Shown: positions 34,735 through 45,600 of the stretch, in pieces
Layout of the letters: every line of letters begins with the position of its first letter
Position numbering within the stretch: position 1 is the first letter of the stretch
Origin: a virus
DNA: 64,000 nt
Strand: one strand, 5' to 3'
IMG/VR virus record: IMGVR_UViG_3300032240_001667
Coordinates: 1-64,000 of that record
Notes under the pieces: generated by a model
Databases searched by the model: none
What the model saw: only the letters and a program-made list of their open reading frames with translations
Told to the model about the DNA's origin: nothing
Position numbers and translations under genes: made by a program

Positions 34735-35205
34735 ATGGAAAATTTAAACAATCCAATTGAAGAAAAAAATGATGTTTTAATTGTTGAAGAAACTCCAGCA
34801 ACACCAGTTGTTGAAGAGGTACCAGTTGCAGAAACACCAGTAGTTGCAGCAACACCAGTTGTTGAAACAACACCAAATACAGAGTCTGCAGCAGAACCAA
34901 CAGCAATCAAAACATCAGATTTTGGTCGTTCAGTTTCAGAAAAACAACAAGTAGGTACAGTAGCAAACGGTGCTATTGGAGTTGCTCCAGCAGCCCCAGT
35001 CGCCCCAAAAAAGCCTACGACCAATAAAACCGAGAAGAAAGAAACTGTAGCAATACATTCTACAAAAAATGTAACTTGGGATGGTGTTGGAAAAGTCTAC
35101 ACTGGCTACAATATTGTTGAAAAGAAAGCAGCAGATAAATGGCTTACTCGTTCACATGTACGCCTTGCCACACCTGAAGAAGTTGCTAAGGAATTTGGTA
35201 AGTAA
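34735..35205 (+). CDS. Pro/Ala/Glu/Thr-rich head-associated protein
   Basis: ETPVVA repeats plus a C-terminal RLATPEEVA domain. Confidence 0.7.
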   Translation: MENLNNPIEEKNDVLIVEETPATPVVEEVPVAETPVVAATPVVETTPNTESAAEPTAIKTSDFGRSVSEKQQVGTVANGAIGVAPAAPVAPKKPTTNKTEKKETVAIHSTKNVTWDGVGKVYTGYNIVEKKAADKWLTRSHVRLATPEEVAKEFGK

Positions 35206-35208
35206 AAC

Positions 35209-36117
35209 ATGGAAGTAATGAGGGTTCCACCATATCCTTTAATAACAAAATGGACATTGCCTACTCCAAATTATGAGTATATTGTCTATGTTGAAGATTT
35301 GGTGGACCACTCAGTAACTGAAACAAATATTTTTTCAGATGAGAACGGCATTCTTGTTTATCAATTGCCATTATCTCAAGTTGAGTATGATCGCAAGTTT
35401 TTTATTAAGTTCTATGATACAACTCACACATATACAATTTATGAAGACAACTTAGATATTGTTCGACCTTATGTAAATATAAATGATTTAGCAACGACTG
35501 CAACAGAACTTACAGAATATAAAATGCATGAATTGCTTGCAAGATCAATAATTGACACATTAATGAATGGTGGATTTTATAACTATAAACAACTAGTTCA
35601 ATGTGTTGGTCAAGGAACTGATTATTTACCGTTATGGATTGATTGTTACAGGGTATTAAAAGTTTATGAAAACAATGTTTTAGTTTATGATGTTGAAACT
35701 CCAGAATCAAATGTTTATGACTACAGAATTACTTTAGATAACTCAGCAATCCAAAGAACTATTTCTGGAGAATATGATAGAAGCGAAATTGTTCCACCAA
35801 ATCTTCCAGTTGGTCGTGGAGATCTTGGTTATTATGGTTATAGATCTGTTGCATTTCCAAACGGATATGACTATACTTTAATTTTAGATGCTGGTGATAA
35901 AACAGTTCCAGCAGATGTAGAATATGCAACTAAACTTTTAATAGATGATATAAAATGTGGAAAACTAGACTATTTTACTAGATACGTAAAGTCATATCAA
36001 ACTGATCAATATACAATTCAATTTGATAAATCTGGTTTAGTAGGAAGTGGAAATATGTTAGTCGATAAAATACTTGGAAAGTATTTAAATACAATGACTA
36101 AACCTGGTATTTTATAA
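35209..36117 (+). CDS. Head-tail connector/adaptor protein
   Basis: VPADVEYATKLL motif; synteny. Confidence 0.65.
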   Translation: MEVMRVPPYPLITKWTLPTPNYEYIVYVEDLVDHSVTETNIFSDENGILVYQLPLSQVEYDRKFFIKFYDTTHTYTIYEDNLDIVRPYVNINDLATTATELTEYKMHELLARSIIDTLMNGGFYNYKQLVQCVGQGTDYLPLWIDCYRVLKVYENNVLVYDVETPESNVYDYRITLDNSAIQRTISGEYDRSEIVPPNLPVGRGDLGYYGYRSVAFPNGYDYTLILDAGDKTVPADVEYATKLLIDDIKCGKLDYFTRYVKSYQTDQYTIQFDKSGLVGSGNMLVDKILGKYLNTMTKPGIL

Positions 36118-36569
36118 TGATTTGCGAACAACCAGACTTTACCTTTCCAATGCAAGCAGATATTTTTTATCCTATCGTTGATCAAGGTGTTTATGGAAAT
36201 GTAAAGAAACAATGGGTTGTTGACAGAACCATCATTGGTAATTTTACTCCGCCGTCAAGAGTAAGTAAGGGCAGAGAAGAAATTACTCCAGATGTTAATA
36301 TTACACAAAAAGGAATTCTTATTGGAAGAGTAAAAAATGATATACGTATTTCTAGTAAAGAAAATGATAACTCAATAACAAACATAATAATTTCAAACAT
36401 TAAAGATAGATATTCTAATGAAGTATATATAGAAACTTCTGGACCAAGAAAAGGTAAATCAACTATTTATGAAGTTGCTACACAAGAACCATATATGGGT
36501 CCTTTTGGAAAAATTGAATATTATAATATTGTTTTAAGAAGATCAGAAAATCAGGCGGTGGATGCATGA
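36117..36569 (+). CDS. Putative head closure protein
   Basis: Synteny and size. Confidence 0.5.
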   Translation: MICEQPDFTFPMQADIFYPIVDQGVYGNVKKQWVVDRTIIGNFTPPSRVSKGREEITPDVNITQKGILIGRVKNDIRISSKENDNSITNIIISNIKDRYSNEVYIETSGPRKGKSTIYEVATQEPYMGPFGKIEYYNIVLRRSENQAVDA

Positions 36570-37240
36570 TTTCTTTAAGTTTTGATGCTATTGAATTTAA
36601 CAAAGAAATGAAAAATTTAATTGATTATTCTGTTGGATTTTTAGAGGGAATACCAGCAGGCAAAAAAGAATTATTTGATAACCTTGGACCATCAATTGCA
36701 GAGTATGCTTCTGAATTTATTGACTCTAATGCAAGGGTAGATCCACAAACACTTCATCATATTTATGAATGGTATCATGTTGGAGATGTAGATAATAGAC
36801 TATTTCAAATTACCTATCATGTAACTAATATAGGTTTATCTTTTAATTCTAACTTTTCTCAATCAAAAAGCATAAAAATGGGATCTACGGTTCCTTTCTA
36901 TGATAAAGCACAAATAATGGAGCAAGGTTCTTCAGTAATAATAAATCCAGTTAAATCAGATGTATTAAGGTTTGAAGTTGGAAATGAAGTTGTTTATACA
37001 AGAAAACCAGTTATAGTTTCAAATCCAGGTGGAAATACAAAAGGACAATTTGCACAAGTCTTTGATACATTTTTTAGCAAATATTTTACACAAGCATTTA
37101 TGAGATCAAGTGGGTTAAATAAATATTTTAATAACCCAACTGTTTACAAAGAAAATTTAAAGGCAGGTTTATCTACAGGAAAGTCTAAAGGTTATTCTAC
37201 TGGATACAACTGGGTAGCAAACGCTGGGAAGTTGATATAA
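36566..37240 (+). CDS. Putative neck / tail completion protein
   Basis: Synteny. Confidence 0.5.
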   Translation: MISLSFDAIEFNKEMKNLIDYSVGFLEGIPAGKKELFDNLGPSIAEYASEFIDSNARVDPQTLHHIYEWYHVGDVDNRLFQITYHVTNIGLSFNSNFSQSKSIKMGSTVPFYDKAQIMEQGSSVIINPVKSDVLRFEVGNEVVYTRKPVIVSNPGGNTKGQFAQVFDTFFSKYFTQAFMRSSGLNKYFNNPTVYKENLKAGLSTGKSKGYSTGYNWVANAGKLI

Positions 37241-37758
37241 TGTCAGAGTCTTTATTTAATACGCCAATGCTGTGGATCAACACATATTTAAAACAAAAGT
37301 TAGAATCAGATTTAGGATTTGATGCAATTCCGTTTTTTCCAGCAACTCCTTCTACCTTGGATGAATTAACTCAATTATTTCCAGATTCACAAATAATGTG
37401 TACTTGGGATAGAATGTTTAGAATGAGATCTAGACCATTTCCACATATAAAATCTGAACAAGCAATTTATTACTTTTATGCAAAAGGCGATGACCCAATT
37501 TTAAGAATGATTAGATTGCAAGAAAATGTTTTGCGTTTGTTAGATCGTGAAGATGAATCGGCAGAAGAGTTAAATAATTGGGCAAAAGGTAGAGTTATTG
37601 ATGGAATGACCTGTCAATTTTATTTTCATAGATTTAGGGTATTTCAACTTCAAGAGGTAAAAGATATTATTAATTTTGGAACTGCAAGAACTTACGCTGG
37701 AAATAAAGTAATTATTGATTTTGACTATCATCAATCTAATGCCATAGTAAATGGTTAG
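37240..37758 (+). CDS. Putative tail terminator protein
   Basis: Synteny, immediately before the tail tube. Confidence 0.5.
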   Translation: MSESLFNTPMLWINTYLKQKLESDLGFDAIPFFPATPSTLDELTQLFPDSQIMCTWDRMFRMRSRPFPHIKSEQAIYYFYAKGDDPILRMIRLQENVLRLLDREDESAEELNNWAKGRVIDGMTCQFYFHRFRVFQLQEVKDIINFGTARTYAGNKVIIDFDYHQSNAIVNG

Positions 37759-37857
37759 TCAGCATTTTACCATAAAAAATAACTAAAAAGGCTGTTATAC
37801 TTATGATTGAGGAAACACGCCTACAATTTCAATACAAAGAAAAAAGAGGTGAAATAT

Positions 37858-38481
37858 ATGGCATATACACGAGGTAGTAACGCTAACATTATCGTTGGTG
37901 CAGCAGCCCTCTTCACATACGAAGGTGGCACACTATCAGATACAGATCTTCCAGCATACGTTTCAGGAACATCCTTCAAGGATACCCTAACAGCAGATGC
38001 TGACTATCGCAATGTCGGTTATACAACTAATGGTTTGGAAATAGATTTCCAGCCAACATTTGGTGAAGTAACCGTCGATCAGGTATTAGACGTAGCAAAG
38101 TTGTTTAAGCAAGGCATGAAGGTCGAACTTAAGACAACATTCGTTGAGTCAACACTTGAAAATCTCCTGTTTTCATTAGCAGGTAAGAGTTCAGATCTAT
38201 CAATAATTGCTAACAACCCTACACTTAGACTTTCTGCTGGAGACATTGGCGAATGCCCAGTCGAACGTGGATTAGTTGCAGTTGGTCCAGGAACTGGCGA
38301 TTGTGCAGTAGGTTCAGAATTAGAAAGAGTTTATGTCGCATACCGTGCGTTGTCAATTAACAACGTTCAGGTAATGGCAAAGCGTGATGCAGCAACAGAG
38401 TTTGCTGTAACATTTAGACTTCTTCCAAATGACCATGCTTCATATGGTAAGATCGTAGATCGTACCGTTCCAGCAATGTAA
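37858..38481 (+). CDS. Major tail (tube) protein
   Basis: NIIVGAA, VGYTTNG, VDQ..D, TLENL motifs; RBS GAGGTG; followed by a terminator. Confidence 0.85.
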   Translation: MAYTRGSNANIIVGAAALFTYEGGTLSDTDLPAYVSGTSFKDTLTADADYRNVGYTTNGLEIDFQPTFGEVTVDQVLDVAKLFKQGMKVELKTTFVESTLENLLFSLAGKSSDLSIIANNPTLRLSAGDIGECPVERGLVAVGPGTGDCAVGSELERVYVAYRALSINNVQVMAKRDAATEFAVTFRLLPNDHASYGKIVDRTVPAM

Positions 38482-38497
38482 TAAAACTTAATATGAG

Positions 38498-38533
38498 AAG
38501 CCCAATCCTTTAGGGGATTGGGTTTTTCTTTTT
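38498..38533 (+). terminator. Intrinsic terminator after the tail tube gene
   Basis: AGCCCAATCC...GGATTGGGTT plus a T tract. Confidence 0.85.
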
Positions 38534-38547
38534 GGTATACTTATATA

Positions 38548-39231
38548 ATGGCAACAGAAATATATGAAACAAAAACTATAAAACTAATTGATGGAACAGA
38601 ATTAGAAATTTCACCATTAAAAATAAAGTATCTTAGACTTTTTATGGAAAAGTTTAAAAATGTTAAAATAGCAAAAGATGACTATGAAGCCATATCTGCT
38701 CTTGCTGAATGTGCAAGGGTATGTATGAAACAGTTTAAAACAGAACTATCAGTATCAATTGAGGCATTAGAAGATGCTATAGATCTTAAAACTATTTATG
38801 ATATTTTAGATATAGCAACAGGAATTAAAGTTAATGAAAAATCAGAAGAATCAGTAAAGAAACAGGCAGTTGATAGTGGATCTTCATGGGAAGATTTAGA
38901 TCTAGTTAAATTAGAATCAGAAGCATTTTTATTGGGAATATGGAAAGACTATGATGAACTAGAAAGATCTTTATGTATGCAAGAACTTACAGCGGTATTA
39001 AATATAAAAAGAGAAGAAGAGTACAATAATAAAAAGTTTCTTGCAGCAATGCAAGGAGTAGATTTAGATGAAAACAAAAAAGAAAATAATGCTTGGGAAC
39101 AAATGAAAGCCAGAGTTTTTAGCGGTGGACAAACAGATGATCCAAATGATATAGTTGCACTACAAGGACAAAATGCAGTTAATGCTGGATTTGGCATTGG
39201 ACTAGGCTTAACATATGAAAAAGTAGATTAA
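38548..39231 (+). CDS. Tail assembly chaperone, long (G-T-like) form
   Basis: N-terminal half homologous to 39284; lies between tail tube and tape measure. Confidence 0.75.
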   Translation: MATEIYETKTIKLIDGTELEISPLKIKYLRLFMEKFKNVKIAKDDYEAISALAECARVCMKQFKTELSVSIEALEDAIDLKTIYDILDIATGIKVNEKSEESVKKQAVDSGSSWEDLDLVKLESEAFLLGIWKDYDELERSLCMQELTAVLNIKREEEYNNKKFLAAMQGVDLDENKKENNAWEQMKARVFSGGQTDDPNDIVALQGQNAVNAGFGIGLGLTYEKVD

Positions 39232-39283
39232 AAAATAAGCCTGTTATGGTATAATTAACTAACAAAACCTATTGGAGGAAATA

Positions 39284-39601
39284 ATGTCAGAAAAGACAAA
39301 GGTAAAAAGCATCACATTATTGGACGGAACTTCTGTTGAAGTTAAGCCATTAAAGATTTCACTACTAAAGCCATTTATGAAAAGATTTCAAGATTTGGCA
39401 TCAGTAGCAGAAAACAATGATGCATCTATGGATGTTCTTTTAGATTGTGTAGAAATTGCATTTAAACAATACAAGCCAGAACTTGCAGAATCTCGTGAAG
39501 CACTAGAAGACAACATTGATTTGCCAACAGTTTATGAAGTCATTGACGCAGCATCAGGTATTCAACTTACTGATACTTCTTCGTTATTAACAACAAGATA
39601 A
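39284..39601 (+). CDS. Tail assembly chaperone, short (G-like) form
   Basis: LLDGT.VEVKPLKI..L..FM..F; RBS GGAGG. Confidence 0.75.
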   Translation: MSEKTKVKSITLLDGTSVEVKPLKISLLKPFMKRFQDLASVAENNDASMDVLLDCVEIAFKQYKPELAESREALEDNIDLPTVYEVIDAASGIQLTDTSSLLTTR

Positions 39602-39626
39602 AAAAGAAAATGGGGTGTTATGAAAA

Positions 39627-42600
39627 GTGTCAGATGTAAATGCTAATATTGGTATACATTTTGATACTGCCAACGCCCTTGCACAATTAAGACAGTTACA
39701 GGCTGGTCTTAGTAAGTTTAATCAATCCCTTACAGAGGGAAACATTGCTGCTGCAAATGCACAAAAAGGAATAAATGCACAACTAGTTCAGTCTATAAAT
39801 TCTACTGGACAGTTTGTAGCATCACAAAAATCAATTGCATCAAGTACTGCCTCTTTTACTGATGCACTTGAAAAAAATAAACTTAGCATGGGGCAATACT
39901 TTAGGTATACCTCTGCAGCAGCAACACTTAATAGCAATTCTCTTCAAGGCTTTTTTACAAAAGAAAAAGAAATTTTAACTCGTGCAAGTAAAGATAGAGT
40001 TAAAGCATTACAAAGTCAATACATTCAATTAAATAATGCAAATGGTGAATTTGTAAAAGTATTACAAGTTATGCCAAAACATCTTGCAACCGTAAATGGT
40101 CAATATGCAGACTATGCAACAAGAGTTCAGATGGCTGCACAACGCCAACAAATGCTTAATCAATTAATTCAACAAGGATCAACACAACTTCTTAATTTTG
40201 GTAAAAATACACAATGGGCTGGAAGACAGTTGATGGTTGGTTTGACTGTTCCACTTACAATCCTTGGCTCTACTGCAGCAAAAACATTTAGGGACATGGA
40301 ACAGGCAACTGTAGATTTCCAAAGAGTTTACGGAGATATGTTTACCAGCAATGGTGCAACAGATAAAGCAGTTGCAGACATTAGAGCACTAGGAAAAGAA
40401 TTTACAAAATTTGGTGTCGCAGCAACAGATACAATGAAGTTAGCAGCACAAGTTGCTGCAATGGGATTAACTGGTAGTGCATTAAATGCACAAGTTACAG
40501 CAGCAACAAAACTTTCTGTTCTTGGCCAAGTGTCACAACAAGATGCTCTTAACACAACTATTTCTTTGCAAAATGCATTCGGTATATCATCTGACGAACT
40601 TGCTAAAAAAATTGATTATCTAAATGCTGTAGAAAACCAAACAATTTTATCTATTCAAGATATGACTACTGCAATTCCAAAAGCAGCACCAGTTGTAAAA
40701 CAACTTGGTGGAAATGTTGAAGATTTGGCATTCTTCCTTACCGCAATGCGTGAAGGTGGAATTAATGCATCTGAAGGTGCTAACGCCTTAAAGTCATCTC
40801 TTGCATCTATAATTAATCCAAGCAAAAAAGCAACAGAGTTATTGTCGTCATTTGGAATTAGCATAAAGGGAATTGTTGATGCTAATGCTGGAAATCTCAA
40901 GGGAACTGTAATTGGACTTGCAAAAGCCTTAGATACACTAGCACCACTTGATAGAGCAAGAGCAATTGAAACAATGTTTGGTAAATTCCAGTTTGCTCGT
41001 ATTTCTACATTACTTCAAAATATTACTAAATCTGGATCACAAGCAGCAACAGCATTAAGTCTTGCAGGTGCTTCAACTGCGGAACTTGCAATTTTATCTC
41101 AAAGAGAAATGAGCAAAGTAGAAAATGCAGTAGGAGTAAAATTTCAAAAGTCAATTGAAAATATTAAAATTCAATTAATGCCAATTGGAAAAGCATTTTT
41201 ACAAGCAGTTACACCAGTTGTACAATTTGTTGGAAAAATATTGGAAAAGTTTAATAACCTTAGTGACGGTACTAAAAAGTTTGTTATTGGAACCATTGCA
41301 GTTCTTGGTGGAATAGCACCAGTTGTTTTGATGACAGTTGGTTTGATTGCAAACGGTGCAGCAAACCTTATGAAATTTTTTGGAATGCTTCGTGGAAGCA
41401 TGGCAAAGTTAAATGGTCAAAATTCTGTATTGGGTGGCGGTTTTGATTATTTAACACAAGCAGAAATTGAAAACCTTGCACAATCACAAGCATTACATAC
41501 ATCACATAAAGAATTAATATCAACATTTAATGTTGAAGCAGAATCTTTAAACCTTTTAGCAACAGCGTATGCAAATGCTGCATCTCAGGCAAGATCTCTT
41601 GCATCTGGATCACCAGGATTATTTAATGCAAAGCCTGGTGCAGCGGGTGCAGTTTCAAACTTGCCAAGAACTAAATTTGCAAATGGAGGCGTTGTTCCTG
41701 GTAGTGGAAACGAAGATACTGTTCCTGCAATGCTTACACCTGGAGAAGTTGTCCTTACAAAAGATACAGTTAATAATAACTCAGAACTTGTTTCAGCATT
41801 AATAAATGGAAAAATTAAAAAATATAGTCAGGGTCCAGGGAAAAAAACAATTGATGGAAGGCAGTCTCTTGCAGTAAGAGCGGCAACCATTCAAAGTAGC
41901 CTACAAATTCCTGGTGCAGAGGGATGGAATGGAAGAATTGAATCACTTGTTGCAGGAGTTCTTGCCGATGGAGAAAAGGCAACACAAAGAATTGTTCAAT
42001 TTGCAAAAGACTCTGGTAGAGATATTTCAGCAAGCCAACTAACTGCTTTAGAAGAAGAGCGTCATAAAATGCTTGATGCATTAGAGTCAGGTGCATCAGA
42101 AATTCTTAATGATAAAGGCACTGAAAAAGTTAAAAAGGCTAGTGCTAGTGTTGCTAAAAATTGGCTTAAACAAAAGGCTATTGCAGAAGGTGTTCCAGTT
42201 GAAGGAAATACAAATTTATTTAATGCTTTACTTCCACAGGGTAGGCAATCAGAAAATCCACAAGAAGGTCATCAAACATTAGCAAAAATTGTTCCATTAG
42301 ATCAGGTTGCTAAAGATATAAACATAGTTAAAGATGCTGCAGTAAAAGATTTAAATACAACTGTCGATGCACTTAAGGAGGCTGGTTATGGAAAACCAGG
42401 TGGACCTGCAATGCCGTCCACAAGAGTAGTTAGCCTTACAACCGCAGCAGAAACGGGTTCTGTAAATAGGCAACTTGCTGAAACCACACCAGAAGGACAG
42501 CAAGCATATTTAGCAGATTACTCATTAAAGACAGGGAAACAAACATCATCTATGGCAGTGCCATATTTAGAAGATGTTAAAACCCTCGGTCCAGAAAGAT

Positions 42601-45600
42601 GGAAAAATGTAACAAAGGCTATGGGTATTAAATTTGATACTGTAGCACAAGATTTTAAAAAGTTTGATGATGACTATGTTAGAAATGTTGAAGATTGGAT
42701 TTCTAAAAATCCTGGTGGATTTTTTAATGATTCTGTTAAAGAAGAAATTTTGTCTGCAACTCGTGCCAATGCTCCAAAATCTGTTCAAACAATATTAAAT
42801 GCCTCAGATCAAATTTTTGTTGCAATAAGAACATCCCTTGATGAAGTTACAAGAAAAATTATTACCGATTTTGCTAATAAAAATGGTTTAGATGTTCCCT
42901 CTATTGCAAGAGAAGGAGATAACAATCATGCTCGTTTAGGAAAAATTGAAGCAAGAACAGTTGGTTCTGCAGTAGGAAGCGTTGCTGGTACAACTCCATC
43001 TGAAATTAAAAAGAATACAAAGGCTGAAGTAGAAGCAATTATTTCAGCAAAGAAAGCAGGAGCAGAATTAGGATCGGCAGCAACAGATGGAATAAGAGGT
43101 CCATCAGGAACCGATGCAAAATCACCATCTAAAAAGGGCATCAATGCAGGTAAGGAAGTTGGCGATGGCCTTATTGTTGGAATGCAAGAAAAAGAACTTG
43201 AAGTTGCATCTCAAGCAGGCAAACTTGGAAAATCTGCAATACCCACAATGCAAGGCGATAAGGTAGATGTTGGTAATAAAGCATTCTATGATGAAATGAA
43301 TAATCCAGCAGATCGTGAAGAAAGGCAAGTCTTTAAATCAGAAGATAGACAGAGAAGAAAACTTGCAACTATAAGCAGTTCAAAACTATCAAAAATAGTT
43401 GAACAACATACAAAAGATCTTGCAAACTCTACAGAGTCTTCTGTTTTGACTCAACAAGAAATTAATAAGAATCTTAAAGAAAGTGCAATCGCTACAGCAA
43501 AAGCAAAAATAGCAGATCAAAAACTTGCATTGCAAAAAGAAGAGGCTGCATTAATTCCAAATGGATCACAGACTGGAAACATACCATCTACCTATGTAAG
43601 TAATTCTGAAGCACAAGATATTGCAGCAGATATTGCAAGAGACAAAAATGGTCAAATTATTATGGATCCTCAAACCAATTCTCCATATACTAAAAAACAA
43701 CTTAATGAAATTAAGCGGGGAATGCGTAGAGAAAGGGTTGGACAATTTTCTGGTAAAGCAGCAGGAGCATTAGGTGTTGCTACTATGGTATCTGGTGCAA
43801 TGGGAGCACCAGGACAAGTTACTGCTGGACTTGGAATTGCATCCACAGTAGCCTCATTAGCCCCAGCACTTGCAGGTATGGGACCTGTAGGAATAGCAGT
43901 AACATCAATAGCAGCAGCAGGTGCAGCAGCATTATATCTTAAAAATAAATTTGATGAAATGGTATCTGCACAAGTAAAATATGTTGAGTCTGTTTCTGCA
44001 ACAACAGAAAAAATGAAAAAAATTGGCGAAATAACTGGAAAGGTTGGAGCATCTGAACTTTATACAAAGTTAAGAGCAGAAGGGTCTTCAAACGCCTACA
44101 CATCTTCTTTTGAAAGAGGAAAGCAGCAATTTGGAACAGACTTTTTATCATCAGATGTAGGAAAAGCAATAAATAAAGGTTTTGTTTCAGATCTTGCAGT
44201 ATCTGGTTCAAAAAAAGCAGCAGAAACTTTAGCATTACAACTTTCAACATATATTTCTGACGGAGTTCTTAGTGCTGAACAAGCATATAGTGTTGCTAGA
44301 CAAATCGGATTAAATCTTGGAAACATGACACTTGGAACACAAATTCAAGGAAAAATTACAGAACTTGTTGGTCCAGATGGAAAAGATATTTTAAATAATC
44401 CATTAGATGTTAGAGTAAGAATAATTCAAGAAAAACAACAAAATAATGCTGTTACAGAACAATCTGCATTAAAGAGTAAAAATACAAGAACTTGGTGGCA
44501 GTACATACTTGGTCTATCAAATCAAGAGCAAGCACAACAGTTTGCAGCATTAAATGCATCTCAATCACAAACACTAGTTACAATTCAGGCACAAAGAGAT
44601 GCACAAAATAAAATGTATGATGATCAAGTCAGAGCACTTGAAGCACAAAAGGCTGCAACAACAGATAAAGCAAAACAACTTGAAATAGATAATAAAATTA
44701 AAACTGCAAGAAAACAACAAGCAGATGATGATGCTGTTTTTGCAAAAAAATCTGCAGAGCAAAGAAAGAAAATTTTAAAAGATTATAATTTAGCATTAAA
44801 AGAAGATAATAAAGGTCGTGAATGGGCAGAAATTACAGTAAATGCAAATGCAGTATTGCAAGCATCTGCTGCTTCTGTAAAGGCAAAATTTACTGGAGAT
44901 TCTGCCCCTATTGCAAATGCTCTTTTAGCAAAAACAAAAGACTTAAAATCACAAGCAATTGAGTTGCAAATAAATACTATGGTTGCTGGAGGAGATTTAG
45001 ATCCAACATCAGCAATTGCAATTTTGGATATGTTTGGTAAAGATGAAAAGGGTATGATGAAAACCCTTACAACTGCATTAGAATTACATGACCCAGGTAA
45101 AGTACAAGAATTAATTACATTAACACAGTCACTTGGTGGAAAACTTGGATTAAAAATATTAGTAGATCTTGGTGCAGAAAAAGATCCTGTAAAATTTGCA
45201 AATGAAATGAATACTTTGCAACTACTTTCTCAATTAGATAGCAAAGAAATTAATATAAAAGTATTTTTACAAAAATCAGGAAACCTAGAAAGCCTTAGTT
45301 CATTATTAGATAAAATTGATCAAAAAGTTGGAAAAAATGGAATTACCCTCAAAGTTCTTCAAGATGTTCAAAAGGTTGATCCAAATATGCCTGACCTTAG
45401 TGGGCTTATTGCTGATTGGCAAAAGTATAAAGACCAACCAGCATCTATTCAAAAATCTGTTTTATTAACTTATACCTCTATTTATAAAACAATTGGCACA
45501 GATGAAATTGCTAAATATAGAGCAGCACATCCAGAAATGGGTGATGCGAGTGATGCTGAAATACAAGGTAAAATTGCTGCTGATCTTGTTCCAAATAAAA

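Noticed and set aside
38500-39620. Programmed -1 frameshift in the tail chaperones
   Set aside because: The long form is already in frame, the GGGTTTT run belongs to the upstream terminator, and no T-like frame follows the short gene.
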